This document shows positions 20,561 through 31,377 of a stretch of 64,000 nucleotides of DNA, one piece after another. The position numbers and the translations under genes were made by a program. Origin of the DNA: a virus; the IMG/VR virus record IMGVR_UViG_3300024054_000269, positions 64,001 to 128,000 of that record. One strand, given 5' to 3'. Every line of letters starts with the position of its first letter. Position 1 is the first letter of the stretch. Under the pieces are notes generated by a model, which saw nothing but the letters and a program-made list of their open reading frames with translations, had not been told where the DNA came from and ran no database searches.

Positions 20561-20962
20561 ATGGTCGAAAAATTAAGCATAACAATTCCAGAATCTGTCA
20601 CTATAGGAAATGTTGGTTCCATATCATTTTATGAATTTATACGATTTCTTTGTTCTAGAGATCAAAGATTTCTTGGGTCGGCAAACAGAGTCAGAATGGG
20701 CGTAAAAATAGAATCTTTGTTTAAAGATAAAGAACCTGGTTCTATTGTTGACGTTGAACAAAGTGATTTTAATTTATTGTTAAAAGTTGCGACAGAACCA
20801 GCATGTGGGTATCCAAGATTAGACATAATAAGACAAAATGGTCAACGTGATACTGTGTTAACTGATAGAGCAATTATGGTATATGTTGAAGCCATTGAAA
20901 ATGCTGAAGTTGCTGAAGTTGCTGAAGTAGAACAAATAGAAAATAACGGAGGCGATGTTTAA
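20561..20962 (+). CDS. Hypothetical protein, possible fibre assembly chaperone (133 aa)
   Basis: Small ORF directly after a fibre gene; role inferred from position only. Confidence 0.45.
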   Translation: MVEKLSITIPESVTIGNVGSISFYEFIRFLCSRDQRFLGSANRVRMGVKIESLFKDKEPGSIVDVEQSDFNLLLKVATEPACGYPRLDIIRQNGQRDTVLTDRAIMVYVEAIENAEVAEVAEVEQIENNGGDV

Positions 20963-23742
20963 TGCCATCCGGCGGATGGGGCGGTTTATTCGGCGGCGGG
21001 CCTTGGGGAGGCTCTGGCGGCGTGCCTGGTGTTGAATTTGTAGCCCATGTTATAAGTTCAACAGAATTGCGTTTAAAATTTGAAGCACGCGTTGAAGACG
21101 ACGGGAATCCGACAGACATAACAAACTACATTTTAGATTCATTTGAGCCATTTGGTACATATTATTTACCTAATATTTTGTCAGTTAAATTCGATGACCC
21201 TGGAAATAGAGCTATAATAATAACCTTCGAAAAATCATTAACTTTGAATAAAACTTACAGAATACAAGCTTTAAATTTGAAGACCGCAATTGGTGGATTA
21301 GACATATCAGGATTACCGCATAGTTTTTTATCAACAGTTCCAGACCCGCCAAGGGCGCTAACATCTCATATTAGTGGCCTTGACACGATAGACATTGTAT
21401 TTGATAGATCAGTTGGTCCAACTTCGTCTTCAGCAACTGCCTCCATAAGACCGTCTGGTTCAACTGGACCTGGAACATTACTAACTTTAGTTCCATATGT
21501 TGCGTCTATTCCTGAAGATCATATCAGATTTACATTAAATCCATTAATGGTATCGGCAAATTCTCATGAAATTGTGTTTTCCGATGTTGTAGATGAATCA
21601 TTAAACGTTGGTACAAATGAAGTTGATTTGAATTTGAAGTTAAGGGCTCCATCACCGTTTGGGTATTCTGAGATAACTCAAGCACAAATCATAGGAGCAA
21701 CTGTAAACAGAGTCAACAACGATTATTTAGTTGGAACTTATTTATTAGTTTATTTTAATGTTCCAATGCTTCCTTCTGATATCACAAATTCTGCAAATTG
21801 GTCAATTTCAACACCAGGTTCTAATGTTATTCCTGATACAAGCAATACACTACTGCTAAATCCTTTAGTAGACCCGCTAGTGAATGTAGCAAATGAATTT
21901 AAAACAAATTTTAATAGTCACATAATTAAAACTGGCATACATGTTACAAAAGAATTTACTAAAAATTTGACGTTTGCTGATTTAGTTGATGAATCAAATC
22001 TCATAACACTTTCGAATGATTTAAAGAGAAAATATGAAGCACATAGAACACAAAGTGGCGTTCATCCATTTGTGTTAACAAGATACAACGATTTGTCTAA
22101 TATAATAACATCCACAGATGCATATGATGTTGCTTCTTCGATAATTTTATTAAATGAAATTAAAACAAAATATAATCTGCATAGAGTAAACACTCTATTT
22201 CATATCGTTGCTGATACAACAAATATCGTAACTGCTGCTAACGCGGTTGACATAACAACGGCGGCGGCTTTGGCTGAACAAATAAAAAATAAACTAAATT
22301 ACCATAGAACTCAATCTGGTGTACACACATCAGATGATACAATAAATGTTGTTACAGCAGTTGATGCAGCATTATTTATAACTTCACCAACGGCAATTGA
22401 TACACAAACATCAATCGATATATGTAATGAAGCACAGAACAAATACTTGGCTCATTTGTCAAAATCTGGTTTTCACGTATTTGAAGATACAATTAATACG
22501 TATATACCACTTGTAGTTAATCCTGGGAATGTCCCGTTAGCCAGGGCAATTTTTGATCAATACCTGTATACTAATTTTAACATACACATAACTGATAGTT
22601 ATCAAGTAACAATAACTAATATAAGAAATGAGAATTTTGTACCATATGATCCATTTTATGACGTAGCAGAAGTTCGTGTTGATGTATTTGATACTAACAC
22701 ACCTTTTAATATCGAAGTAACGGCAAATAATTTGAACAGTTCTAGCATAACAAATCCAGCAAATTATTCTGGGTCTATTGGCATAGATTCTGCTCGTTCT
22801 ATTTCTAATCAATTTACCAGTAATTTAATTTCAAAAAATGAATTCAATATCAGATTTGATAAGAAAACACTTGCAATGAATATTGACCAGTTTGTTTTAA
22901 CTGATCCATCGATGTTAACCACTCCAATTTTATCGATTCAACAACGTTCTTCAGTACCAAACGCATTTTTTATGCTTGATCATTTAGCTGATGTATATGA
23001 AATACACAGAAACGCTGTTATACATTATACACCAGATGTTACAAATATAATAACTACTCTTGATAGACCATATTTGCCAGATTTGCAAATTATTATTAAT
23101 TCATCTAACCTCATAAAGGACATTATTAATGAACATTTTCAATCATCGAGTCATTTTTCACCGGATCAAAACTTAATAACGGCCCCGAATGCAACTGATT
23201 TAGATTCACTAATTGTTTTGTTATCAGACATGGAAACAAAATATTTAGAACACATAAAAAATCATATAGCACATAATGGAGAATCACTAGTTTATTATTC
23301 AACAGGTCTTTTTGATTCAATTTCTGTAGCTTTTCCAGATTTAGTAGACGATGAAGAATACACATTAAATTTTGATGCAACAACATCTGTCGTTGATAAC
23401 GCTGAAAACACAAAATTCGAATCGAATTTGGTTACTTCTGCGTCTTTCTTCGGAGTAACCCAGCCACCAGCCATAGCACCAGCCCTATCAGAAATAGGCA
23501 TTAAACCAACTTATGAAGAAGGAAAATATCTAACACCAGATTCTGTTTTGGGGTTTATTTCAAAACCATTAAGACAGAAAGAATTGACTTCGTCTAATAT
23601 TCAAATACCAAGTGTTATAATTAAAAATTTTACCTGGATAAGTAATAGGAGAATCGCAACGTTTATAACAAACATGCAAAATTCAACTTATAATTTTACT
23701 ATAACTGGCATAACTGATAAAGCTGGAAACGACATCTTGTAA
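20962..23742 (+). CDS. Virion protein with Ig-like (Big/SbsA-type) domains and 8-9 His-motif helical repeats (926 aa)
   Basis: N-terminal GGWGGLFGGGPWGG; ELRLKF/IDIVFDRSV/LLVYFNVPM beta-domains; repeats such as NDLKRKYEAHRTQSGVH and NEIKTKYNLHRVNTLFHIVAD. Confidence 0.7.
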   Translation: MPSGGWGGLFGGGPWGGSGGVPGVEFVAHVISSTELRLKFEARVEDDGNPTDITNYILDSFEPFGTYYLPNILSVKFDDPGNRAIIITFEKSLTLNKTYRIQALNLKTAIGGLDISGLPHSFLSTVPDPPRALTSHISGLDTIDIVFDRSVGPTSSSATASIRPSGSTGPGTLLTLVPYVASIPEDHIRFTLNPLMVSANSHEIVFSDVVDESLNVGTNEVDLNLKLRAPSPFGYSEITQAQIIGATVNRVNNDYLVGTYLLVYFNVPMLPSDITNSANWSISTPGSNVIPDTSNTLLLNPLVDPLVNVANEFKTNFNSHIIKTGIHVTKEFTKNLTFADLVDESNLITLSNDLKRKYEAHRTQSGVHPFVLTRYNDLSNIITSTDAYDVASSIILLNEIKTKYNLHRVNTLFHIVADTTNIVTAANAVDITTAAALAEQIKNKLNYHRTQSGVHTSDDTINVVTAVDAALFITSPTAIDTQTSIDICNEAQNKYLAHLSKSGFHVFEDTINTYIPLVVNPGNVPLARAIFDQYLYTNFNIHITDSYQVTITNIRNENFVPYDPFYDVAEVRVDVFDTNTPFNIEVTANNLNSSSITNPANYSGSIGIDSARSISNQFTSNLISKNEFNIRFDKKTLAMNIDQFVLTDPSMLTTPILSIQQRSSVPNAFFMLDHLADVYEIHRNAVIHYTPDVTNIITTLDRPYLPDLQIIINSSNLIKDIINEHFQSSSHFSPDQNLITAPNATDLDSLIVLLSDMETKYLEHIKNHIAHNGESLVYYSTGLFDSISVAFPDLVDDEEYTLNFDATTSVVDNAENTKFESNLVTSASFFGVTQPPAIAPALSEIGIKPTYEEGKYLTPDSVLGFISKPLRQKELTSSNIQIPSVIIKNFTWISNRRIATFITNMQNSTYNFTITGITDKAGNDIL

Positions 23743-26700
23743 TGGGAACTATATCATTTACCGGTTTAAGTTCTGTTTCTGATAGAACTTTGTTTACAAA
23801 CAAAGGTCCTATCGTAAAAAGACCGCTATCACTTCTTTCCGGGTCAGATTTAAGAATTGTTTCGGAAAACGAAATTGAGATATTGTCAGGATCATTTACA
23901 TCATCAAATGTTGGACAAATAATAACAATTTCAGGGAGTTTGAATAATCGAAATGATGGGACTTTCACAATAGATCAAGTAAAAAATTCAACACGTTTAG
24001 TGTTAAAGAATTCGTCGTTTGAACTTATAAACGAAACTGACACGATCGAAAGTATTATTGATTTAGCGAATGATATTCGTAATAAATATGAATTACATAG
24101 AATTCAAGATGAAGTTCACGGATCAAATGATACAACAAATATAATATTCACTGCGATTGCAGTACCAACATTGGCAAATGCAATAATTTTGTTGAATGAT
24201 ATAAAAACTAAATTTAGTGCGCATATAATAGACATATCATCCCCTAGTCCAGGGGAGCCAACAGTCCACTTAGAAGCAGATGTAGAGAATACCGTGTATT
24301 TGCCTGATGCTGATGACTTGGCATCGGCGTTACAACTGGTTAATGAATTAAGAAAGAAATACTCGTTACATAGACAAAGTAACATCTATCATCAAAACGT
24401 TGATTCTGCAAATGCTGTTACAGTTGATAGAGTAATACCAACAGTTGGTACCTATCCGGGTTCTTTAACTGGGCCATTATCTTGGGTATTAAAAAGTCCG
24501 AGAATAGGGGAATTTGCGGACGTTCCGGAAGACGTTGATGTTTATGTTAATTCTACAGATGCTAGTGTTGACGCAGTGTTCGGATTATTAGGAGCTGTGG
24601 TTTTAACTTCAAAACCAACTAGTAGTGATACAGTTGAAATTGATTATGATTATTTAAACAACCCAGCTGTTCTGTTTACTGGTTTAAATTTTCCAGGCTT
24701 CACATTTAATCAAGCTGGCAACCACGGAATTGGGGGCTTGCCAAGCCACAAATACAGAATGCGTGCGTTTTTTATAGACCCAGAAAATCTTCCAAACCCG
24801 CATGGCGTTTCTTCTCCGTTTGCGCCGAGACTTGTTGGTTGGAGATATAAAGGATTTGAAAGGGCGTATACGGCATCTTTAAACGACCCAAATTTATTTA
24901 GACTAAATTCGCCAGCAAACAAAATACTTTTTCCAGTTGAAGAAGACCCAGCATTTGAAACGTCCGTATCATATGATCCAACTAATTTACCACAAAATGT
25001 AACAAATCCTTGGACCTCCAACGGATTTGGAACCGTTTACATATCAGGTAAACGTCTTATTATAATAGATGCCGATGATGGTTCAGGAACTGAGAGTCTG
25101 CCACCGTTTTTTAGCAAAGAAATAAATATTGACCCACCAAGCATCGTTTCAGCAGCTTTTAGAACTGAATTATCAAACGAAGGTCTTTTGCTTGACGGAG
25201 CTTTTACTGGTGTTGGGTTTGGGTTTTCTGATGGTAACAATGTAGCATTAATTGGGTTCATAATAACATCACAACCCGCTACAAACTTATCATCAGCTAT
25301 TTCACTAACAAATGAAATAAAAACCAAATTTAACTCCCATGTAATAGAGCCAACTGTTCATTTTGTTAATGATACACAAAATATTGTAGATCTCGTAAAT
25401 GCTACCAATTTGTCTCAACTATTAATTATTTTGAATTCGTTAAAGGCGGCTTTTAATTCTCATATTGTTAAAGTTCCAGAACATGCGATATCAGATACAA
25501 CTGATTTGGTAACGTCGCCAGACGCAGGCGATCTATATTCTGAAGAAATTTCATTACAACAAGCTATAACATTAGTAAATGAACTACGAGATAAATACAA
25601 TACACATCTGTCTCAAATAATAACATCAACTAATGTCCATCAAGTTAACGATACTATAAACGTTGTTCCGGACGTAAAACAAGTAGGAATTTTAACAAAC
25701 AGGGGACCATGGGAATTCGGAGAAAATTGGAACTCATATGCAATAGATTTCACAGAGACAAAATCATACAGGATAGCACGAAACATAGACGGAGGTGTTT
25801 CGTTATACTTGAGTGGTATGATAGATCCGATTGCGACGGTTGAAGCATCTGAACTACCGTCGATTTCAAATTTGAATGCTAAATTTGATCCTATACAACA
25901 AGTGTTTTTTGGTGCAATTAGTAAAGAGTCAACGTCCACAAGCAGGTGGTCATTTGTAAGAACTGTTATAACACCATTAGACCCAGATAGAATCAGCCGC
26001 AATAAATCCATAGATTATCAAGCATCAGTAACACCAGAACTTGATACAACAGCACCTTGGGTACCTGTAGGATTAAATGGATTTGAGAGAGTAAATAGTG
26101 GAATTTTATTGCTAGATTCAACTGCGTCAGCAAATACAAATGAACTAGATTCATTTGGTTTGAGCAGCGGTGCCTACAGGGGATTTTTAAGATTTGAACC
26201 AACTCAAACTATAAGAACATCGACTGTAATAGAATTTAGGACAAAAATCGACTATTACACATTTGGGATAAACAATAGATCGGCTGGTGTGTATTTAGAT
26301 GATAAGAATCTTCAGGTGCATTTTTCATTTTTGCAATATTCACCGTCAGCTCCAACAACGATTGGTAGATCTGAACTTTATCCGATAATACTTGGTGACA
26401 ATTTGTTGTTGAGGATAAATAACGGACAAATCATAACAATAACATTTGCTGCCACAGATACAACTGCTGCCACAGTTGCAGCCAAAATTAATTCTACCAC
26501 TGGTGTACCATCCGGTTTTGCATCGTCAAGCAGCGGGAAAATTAAACTTACAGGCGTAAATCTTGGTGTAGAGTCATCATTTGAAATTGTTGGCGGTACA
26601 GCTGTTACAAAACTTGGTTTAATTATAGGTAATTATATTGGTTCTGATTCGAACCCAGAGCCAAGAATTTCATATTTTGGTGCCGATTTACCTGATAAGG

Positions 26701-29700
26701 ACAACCCGGTTTGGGTTTCAAGTGGAGAACAAAGAGCCGAATTAATAAACAGGGCGCTTAGAATAACTGATGACAGTGTGACCGATTATCGTTTGTTTGA
26801 TTTGTCAAACATTCTTGTTACTGAGCCTGTACTAAAAGATCCGAATGATTGGAAATTGGACACAAGAATCACAGTTTATTCTTATACGCCTTCTTCTACA
26901 TACATAATTTACGGTTTGTATGTTCCAGTTAAATTTGCCGGTGCATTTATAAATATTGATGAAGGGGTTGGTGGTAAGAACTTAGAACTGCATCTATCTG
27001 TTGATCAGAATGGTAACAAATATGTAACTATTTTGTCGATTATTGCCAGTGCATACATAATAGTTTTTCAAGCACCGTTTAACTGGGATGATGGTCTACC
27101 ACATTCATATAATGTGTATATGAACAAAGCGTCTGGCTTGGTGTTTGTATTAGCTGATGGACAACCTATAAATGATGTTTTATCAGCAACCAATTCATTT
27201 TTGACTTCTGTTTTGAAACCGAGTGTGTCTGGTCCGTCTGTCACATTTGGTTCTGGTAGTATGCCAATCGGTGCAATAGATATAAACACAGCTAAATCAG
27301 TTGTTGATTGGCATTCAGTGGCAGTGTTCAAAGATAGTAAAATAAACGATTCGAATTCTTCTATAAGACGTTATATTGGTTTATATAAAGGTGGAAATGA
27401 GAACGAATTAAGCTCATATTATGTACATCAAATAGATTGGACTTCGTTTCATACATACAGAATAATTAGAAGTCCAGACGATTACGTGTCAATATTCGTT
27501 GATAACAATCCAACGCCTGTTATATCAATTAGTTATGACTCTTTAAGACTTCCATTAGTTAATACGAGTTTCTTGAATGGCATAACCGGTGGAATACCAT
27601 CAATAGCATTTGGATCGTTTAACCCGCAAGAGTTATCAAGAACAGAATGGGACTATGTAAAATATTCGTTGGGCAGAATCATACAAAGAAACAGGCTTGT
27701 GCCAAGGCATCATTTATTAAATTATGCCAATTTGATAACATCACCAGATCACCTTTTCACAAAAGCGCAACACATACATTTTGGTAAAGAAGTCTATTCA
27801 GAAGGAACAGCATCAGAAGAGTTGATAGCTAATGACACAGCTAGCAGTTATACGATTTTAGGAGAAGGAACGCCACCAATTCCAATGACTCAAAATCTTG
27901 AGTCAAGAGGCGGGTTGGTAAAATCAATAACCCAAACTAAGAATATAAACACCGTAGATTTCATTAATTCAAACGGTTTCCCGGCAGCGTTTGAAGACGA
28001 TTCAATAAATGTAATTCTTTCAGAGAATGCCTTTGATTTGTCGACTTCAATAGCATTAGTTAATGAATTAAAATCTAAATTCAATTCACACTTAACTCAG
28101 TATAGAGTCCACGTATCAAATGACAGAATAAATATTGTTGAAATAGACGACGCGTCTGACTTAACAACTGCTATAGACTTAGTAAATTTAATAAAATCAA
28201 AATACGGTTCGCATTTAATTCAATCCGGAATACACACAAACAATGATACAGTAAACATAATAACATTATCTGATGCAACAAATCTTGCCACATTGATAAC
28301 TTTGGTTAATGAAATTAAAATTAAATATGAATCGCATAGGATGCCAATAGTTGCGTTTGCAAATGATTTAAAGTCTAAATTCAATTCTCATCTCACACAA
28401 ACTGGCGTCCATGTTGTAAACGGAACAACTACCGTAACAACACAAGACGCAGCTGATCAATTGTCTGCGTTCGTCTTAATAAACGACGTTAGACAGAAAT
28501 ACAATGAACATTTAGTTGAGATTGGTGTTCACATAACTAATGACACTATAAATTCTTCAATTCTTCCACCTGTAACAAATTTCTCGTCAGCTTTAGCGCT
28601 AGTTAATGAGGTTAATTCAAAATACGATTTACACAGGGCTGACTTAACTTATCATTTGGTTGCTGATACAATCAATATAAATACATATTTCATATCATTA
28701 CTGTTAATACCTGACGTTCATTTGTCAACAGTAATAATAAGACTTGATCCGCCTTCAAGGGTTTTGTACGAAGCCATGAAATTTTACACATTTGCAGAGG
28801 GCGATGTTGGACATTTATTTCCATTTTCAGATGATGAAACACTCCATGTTCATGGCATTTCTTATGCTGGATCTCATTCTTTCTCATATGAAGGTTCTGT
28901 TTTACCGGAAGACGCTGCTGAATTTGCTGTTATAAACTTGGCAAATGACTTGAAATCGAAGTACAACTTACACAGATCACAATTTGGCGTTCATATGAAT
29001 GATGACATATTAAATGTCGTCACAGCTCCAAATTCAACTGACCTATCTTCTGCTATTACATTATTAAATGATATAAAAACCAACTATAATTTGCATTTGA
29101 TAACTGGAAGTGTTCACACAACGAATGACAATGAAAATAAAGCTATAAACATTAATGCAACAGAGTTGTATACGGCTCTTTCATTAGTTAATGAATTAAA
29201 GTCAAGATATGAAGCACACATAGATAGCATAGTTTACCACGTGTCAGTCGACACAACTAACGAAATATCAGTTGAAGATGCACCACCAGTCGCAGATCAA
29301 GGGTGGTTGTTAACAACTGAAGGACCAGGTTCAGCTTCCATATCATTGATAACAGTTGGTCCAACAACTGCGTTAGAATATGGAGCAGTTGGGTCTATAG
29401 AAACTATATATAAGAATAAGAATCCATTGCCAAGTATTGGTAACCAGAATTTTGAAATGTCATTAAGTCTAAGAATCAATGATGTTTATACGGTCGTCCC
29501 AACTTTCGATTCAAGAATTTATGCTGGTTTTACAAGTAAAATGCATGGCGGAATTGCGGCGGCTATTGGATTTGATTCAATAAATAGCGTTCCATATGTG
29601 AAAATTCATGATATGAATAATGATGAAACTGTGTATCGTGTCCCATTTGATTGGGGCGACGGTAATTTCCATTCATATCGTCTTGTAAGGGACATTAACA

Positions 29701-29732
29701 CAAACACAATAGGCCTCGTAATAGACTCATGA
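23742..29732 (+). CDS. Giant virion/adhesin-like protein with four His-repeat clusters alternating with ConA/LamG-like beta domains (1996 aa)
   Basis: 15 copies of N[ED][LI]KxK[YF]xxH-x6-H (a few degenerate). Four copies of a DW-x2-5-H-[ST]-Y-[RN]-[ILV]-like motif (FTETKSYRIAR, NWDDGLPHSYNVY, DWTSFHTYRIIR, DWGDGNFHSYRLVR). Confidence 0.75.
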   Translation: MGTISFTGLSSVSDRTLFTNKGPIVKRPLSLLSGSDLRIVSENEIEILSGSFTSSNVGQIITISGSLNNRNDGTFTIDQVKNSTRLVLKNSSFELINETDTIESIIDLANDIRNKYELHRIQDEVHGSNDTTNIIFTAIAVPTLANAIILLNDIKTKFSAHIIDISSPSPGEPTVHLEADVENTVYLPDADDLASALQLVNELRKKYSLHRQSNIYHQNVDSANAVTVDRVIPTVGTYPGSLTGPLSWVLKSPRIGEFADVPEDVDVYVNSTDASVDAVFGLLGAVVLTSKPTSSDTVEIDYDYLNNPAVLFTGLNFPGFTFNQAGNHGIGGLPSHKYRMRAFFIDPENLPNPHGVSSPFAPRLVGWRYKGFERAYTASLNDPNLFRLNSPANKILFPVEEDPAFETSVSYDPTNLPQNVTNPWTSNGFGTVYISGKRLIIIDADDGSGTESLPPFFSKEINIDPPSIVSAAFRTELSNEGLLLDGAFTGVGFGFSDGNNVALIGFIITSQPATNLSSAISLTNEIKTKFNSHVIEPTVHFVNDTQNIVDLVNATNLSQLLIILNSLKAAFNSHIVKVPEHAISDTTDLVTSPDAGDLYSEEISLQQAITLVNELRDKYNTHLSQIITSTNVHQVNDTINVVPDVKQVGILTNRGPWEFGENWNSYAIDFTETKSYRIARNIDGGVSLYLSGMIDPIATVEASELPSISNLNAKFDPIQQVFFGAISKESTSTSRWSFVRTVITPLDPDRISRNKSIDYQASVTPELDTTAPWVPVGLNGFERVNSGILLLDSTASANTNELDSFGLSSGAYRGFLRFEPTQTIRTSTVIEFRTKIDYYTFGINNRSAGVYLDDKNLQVHFSFLQYSPSAPTTIGRSELYPIILGDNLLLRINNGQIITITFAATDTTAATVAAKINSTTGVPSGFASSSSGKIKLTGVNLGVESSFEIVGGTAVTKLGLIIGNYIGSDSNPEPRISYFGADLPDKDNPVWVSSGEQRAELINRALRITDDSVTDYRLFDLSNILVTEPVLKDPNDWKLDTRITVYSYTPSSTYIIYGLYVPVKFAGAFINIDEGVGGKNLELHLSVDQNGNKYVTILSIIASAYIIVFQAPFNWDDGLPHSYNVYMNKASGLVFVLADGQPINDVLSATNSFLTSVLKPSVSGPSVTFGSGSMPIGAIDINTAKSVVDWHSVAVFKDSKINDSNSSIRRYIGLYKGGNENELSSYYVHQIDWTSFHTYRIIRSPDDYVSIFVDNNPTPVISISYDSLRLPLVNTSFLNGITGGIPSIAFGSFNPQELSRTEWDYVKYSLGRIIQRNRLVPRHHLLNYANLITSPDHLFTKAQHIHFGKEVYSEGTASEELIANDTASSYTILGEGTPPIPMTQNLESRGGLVKSITQTKNINTVDFINSNGFPAAFEDDSINVILSENAFDLSTSIALVNELKSKFNSHLTQYRVHVSNDRINIVEIDDASDLTTAIDLVNLIKSKYGSHLIQSGIHTNNDTVNIITLSDATNLATLITLVNEIKIKYESHRMPIVAFANDLKSKFNSHLTQTGVHVVNGTTTVTTQDAADQLSAFVLINDVRQKYNEHLVEIGVHITNDTINSSILPPVTNFSSALALVNEVNSKYDLHRADLTYHLVADTININTYFISLLLIPDVHLSTVIIRLDPPSRVLYEAMKFYTFAEGDVGHLFPFSDDETLHVHGISYAGSHSFSYEGSVLPEDAAEFAVINLANDLKSKYNLHRSQFGVHMNDDILNVVTAPNSTDLSSAITLLNDIKTNYNLHLITGSVHTTNDNENKAININATELYTALSLVNELKSRYEAHIDSIVYHVSVDTTNEISVEDAPPVADQGWLLTTEGPGSASISLITVGPTTALEYGAVGSIETIYKNKNPLPSIGNQNFEMSLSLRINDVYTVVPTFDSRIYAGFTSKMHGGIAAAIGFDSINSVPYVKIHDMNNDETVYRVPFDWGDGNFHSYRLVRDINTNTIGLVIDS

Positions 29733-30628
29733 ATTTGACTAGATTAACAACTATTTGTAATGATGGTTCCAACATTCTGTTGTTAAATAGCGATTATGAT
29801 AATTATGCAATTAAATTAGATGAATCATTTAATATAATCTCGAAGATCAAATTAAAAAACACCGTTGCAAGCGGATCACTACCGTTTTTTTCTATCAAAG
29901 ACAACACCGGGGTTTGGTTTTCTGACTTAGCATCAAGTCGTGTGTTCAAAATTATTAATGATGAAATCTCAATTTCACTTCAAATTGGCCAAGGTGGTAT
30001 TTTAGGAATAGCTACAACTCCTGATTATTTGTTTGTCGCTGAATTGGGACAAAATGGTATAACAAGAATTGGTTTGTCTGATACAGATAATAGGATTACA
30101 ACTGGCATACAAGCTCAACTTATAAAATTTGATGAATCATCTGGACTTATGTGGTTTGTAGATGCAAACACAAAATCAATTGGCGTCATTGACCCGAATG
30201 ATAAATTTGGATTTTCGTCTATTATTTATTCTATTGAATTAGAAACAACTAATATTTTTGATTTTGTAATACTTGACGCTGAAGTTTGGGTAACAACATC
30301 AAATGGTGTTGTAATAATAAACAAAGCTGAAAGAAGAGTAAACTCACAAATTTTTTTGTCAAAGTCTCAAATATGTTATTTTTCTGGTAACCATAACATT
30401 ATACATAACAGCAATAATAAAGTGTACATATCATTACCACACATTAAATCTTTAGCTGTAATAAATACAGCCACGAAATCTGTAGAAATCATAAATGTTG
30501 GTTTTAACATTGATTTAATCCATTTGTTTAATGGCAAAATATTTGCACTCGATCCATATGCCGATGTTGTGTTAAAACTAGATAGCAATGCTGGTCTTTT
30601 GATGAGTTCTGTGATAGAGGTTGGTTGA
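29729..30628 (+). CDS. Beta-propeller protein, YncE/YVTN/Vgb-like (299 aa)
   Basis: About 40-aa repeats ending in aromatic-hydrophobic strands (GVWFSD, YLFVAE, LMWFVD, EVWVTT, KVYISL, KIFALD). Confidence 0.65.
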   Translation: MNLTRLTTICNDGSNILLLNSDYDNYAIKLDESFNIISKIKLKNTVASGSLPFFSIKDNTGVWFSDLASSRVFKIINDEISISLQIGQGGILGIATTPDYLFVAELGQNGITRIGLSDTDNRITTGIQAQLIKFDESSGLMWFVDANTKSIGVIDPNDKFGFSSIIYSIELETTNIFDFVILDAEVWVTTSNGVVIINKAERRVNSQIFLSKSQICYFSGNHNIIHNSNNKVYISLPHIKSLAVINTATKSVEIINVGFNIDLIHLFNGKIFALDPYADVVLKLDSNAGLLMSSVIEVG

Positions 30629-31362
30629 TGCCTCTTCCAATATTCATAACCCCAATATATCAAACACCAACCGGTGTTGTTCTTGGGCGTGTACCAATTT
30701 CGAGATTTTCTGGTCAACCAATTTCTGGACTGTTGACGCCAGTTACATCGGGGTTGGTCTTTTTTTCACCAGTTTTGCTCGAACAATTACCAAATAATGA
30801 AATAGACTTAGATTATATTAGGGTGGTTGTAAATTCGAATGATGTTTATACACCTCCGGTTGTAGAAAATTCAAGATTGTTCACATTTGGGCCAAATAGT
30901 AGTTCAAGAACGAATCAACCAAAATGGAGAACCCAACCAAAGGAGTATACAGCTATTGGCGGATTGGTTGATGAGACTTTGTTAATTACACTTGCAAATG
31001 ATTTAAGAGCTCAATATGAAGCTCATAGAGCATCAGCTGTATTCCATGTAATAGCTGATGGAATCAATACAATAACATCTCCGGCGGCCGTAAGCTTGGC
31101 AACAGCAACTACGCTTTTGAATGAGTTAAAATTGAAATTTGATCTGCACAGAACACAACCTGGCGTTCATTCAACTGATGATGTAATTGATGAAATATTA
31201 ACGGCAAATGCAGACGGTAACCCATTACCGGCTGCGTTTCTTGCAAATGAATTGAAACTGAAATATAATGTGCATAGAACTGCACCATTAATTCACGTTG
31301 TGAATGATGGCATAAACATAGTGACTGCAGCTGATCCGTCAGTTATAAGTAAACTAATATAG
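30628..31362 (+). CDS. Small protein with a C-terminal triplet of the His-motif repeat (244 aa)
   Basis: NDLRAQYEAHRASAVFHVIAD, NELKLKFDLHRTQPGVHSTDD, NELKLKYNVHRTAPLIHVVND. TGATG coupling to the upstream gene. Confidence 0.75.
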   Translation: MPLPIFITPIYQTPTGVVLGRVPISRFSGQPISGLLTPVTSGLVFFSPVLLEQLPNNEIDLDYIRVVVNSNDVYTPPVVENSRLFTFGPNSSSRTNQPKWRTQPKEYTAIGGLVDETLLITLANDLRAQYEAHRASAVFHVIADGINTITSPAAVSLATATTLLNELKLKFDLHRTQPGVHSTDDVIDEILTANADGNPLPAAFLANELKLKYNVHRTAPLIHVVNDGINIVTAADPSVISKLI

Positions 31363-31377
31363 AAGGTAATGTAGGAC

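Noticed and set aside
20903-20930. 9-bp triplet repeats (gctgaagtt x3 here; catcaaacc x3 in dnaJ near 54,907)
   Set aside because: Simple in-frame slippage repeats in low-complexity linkers, with no sign of phase variation.
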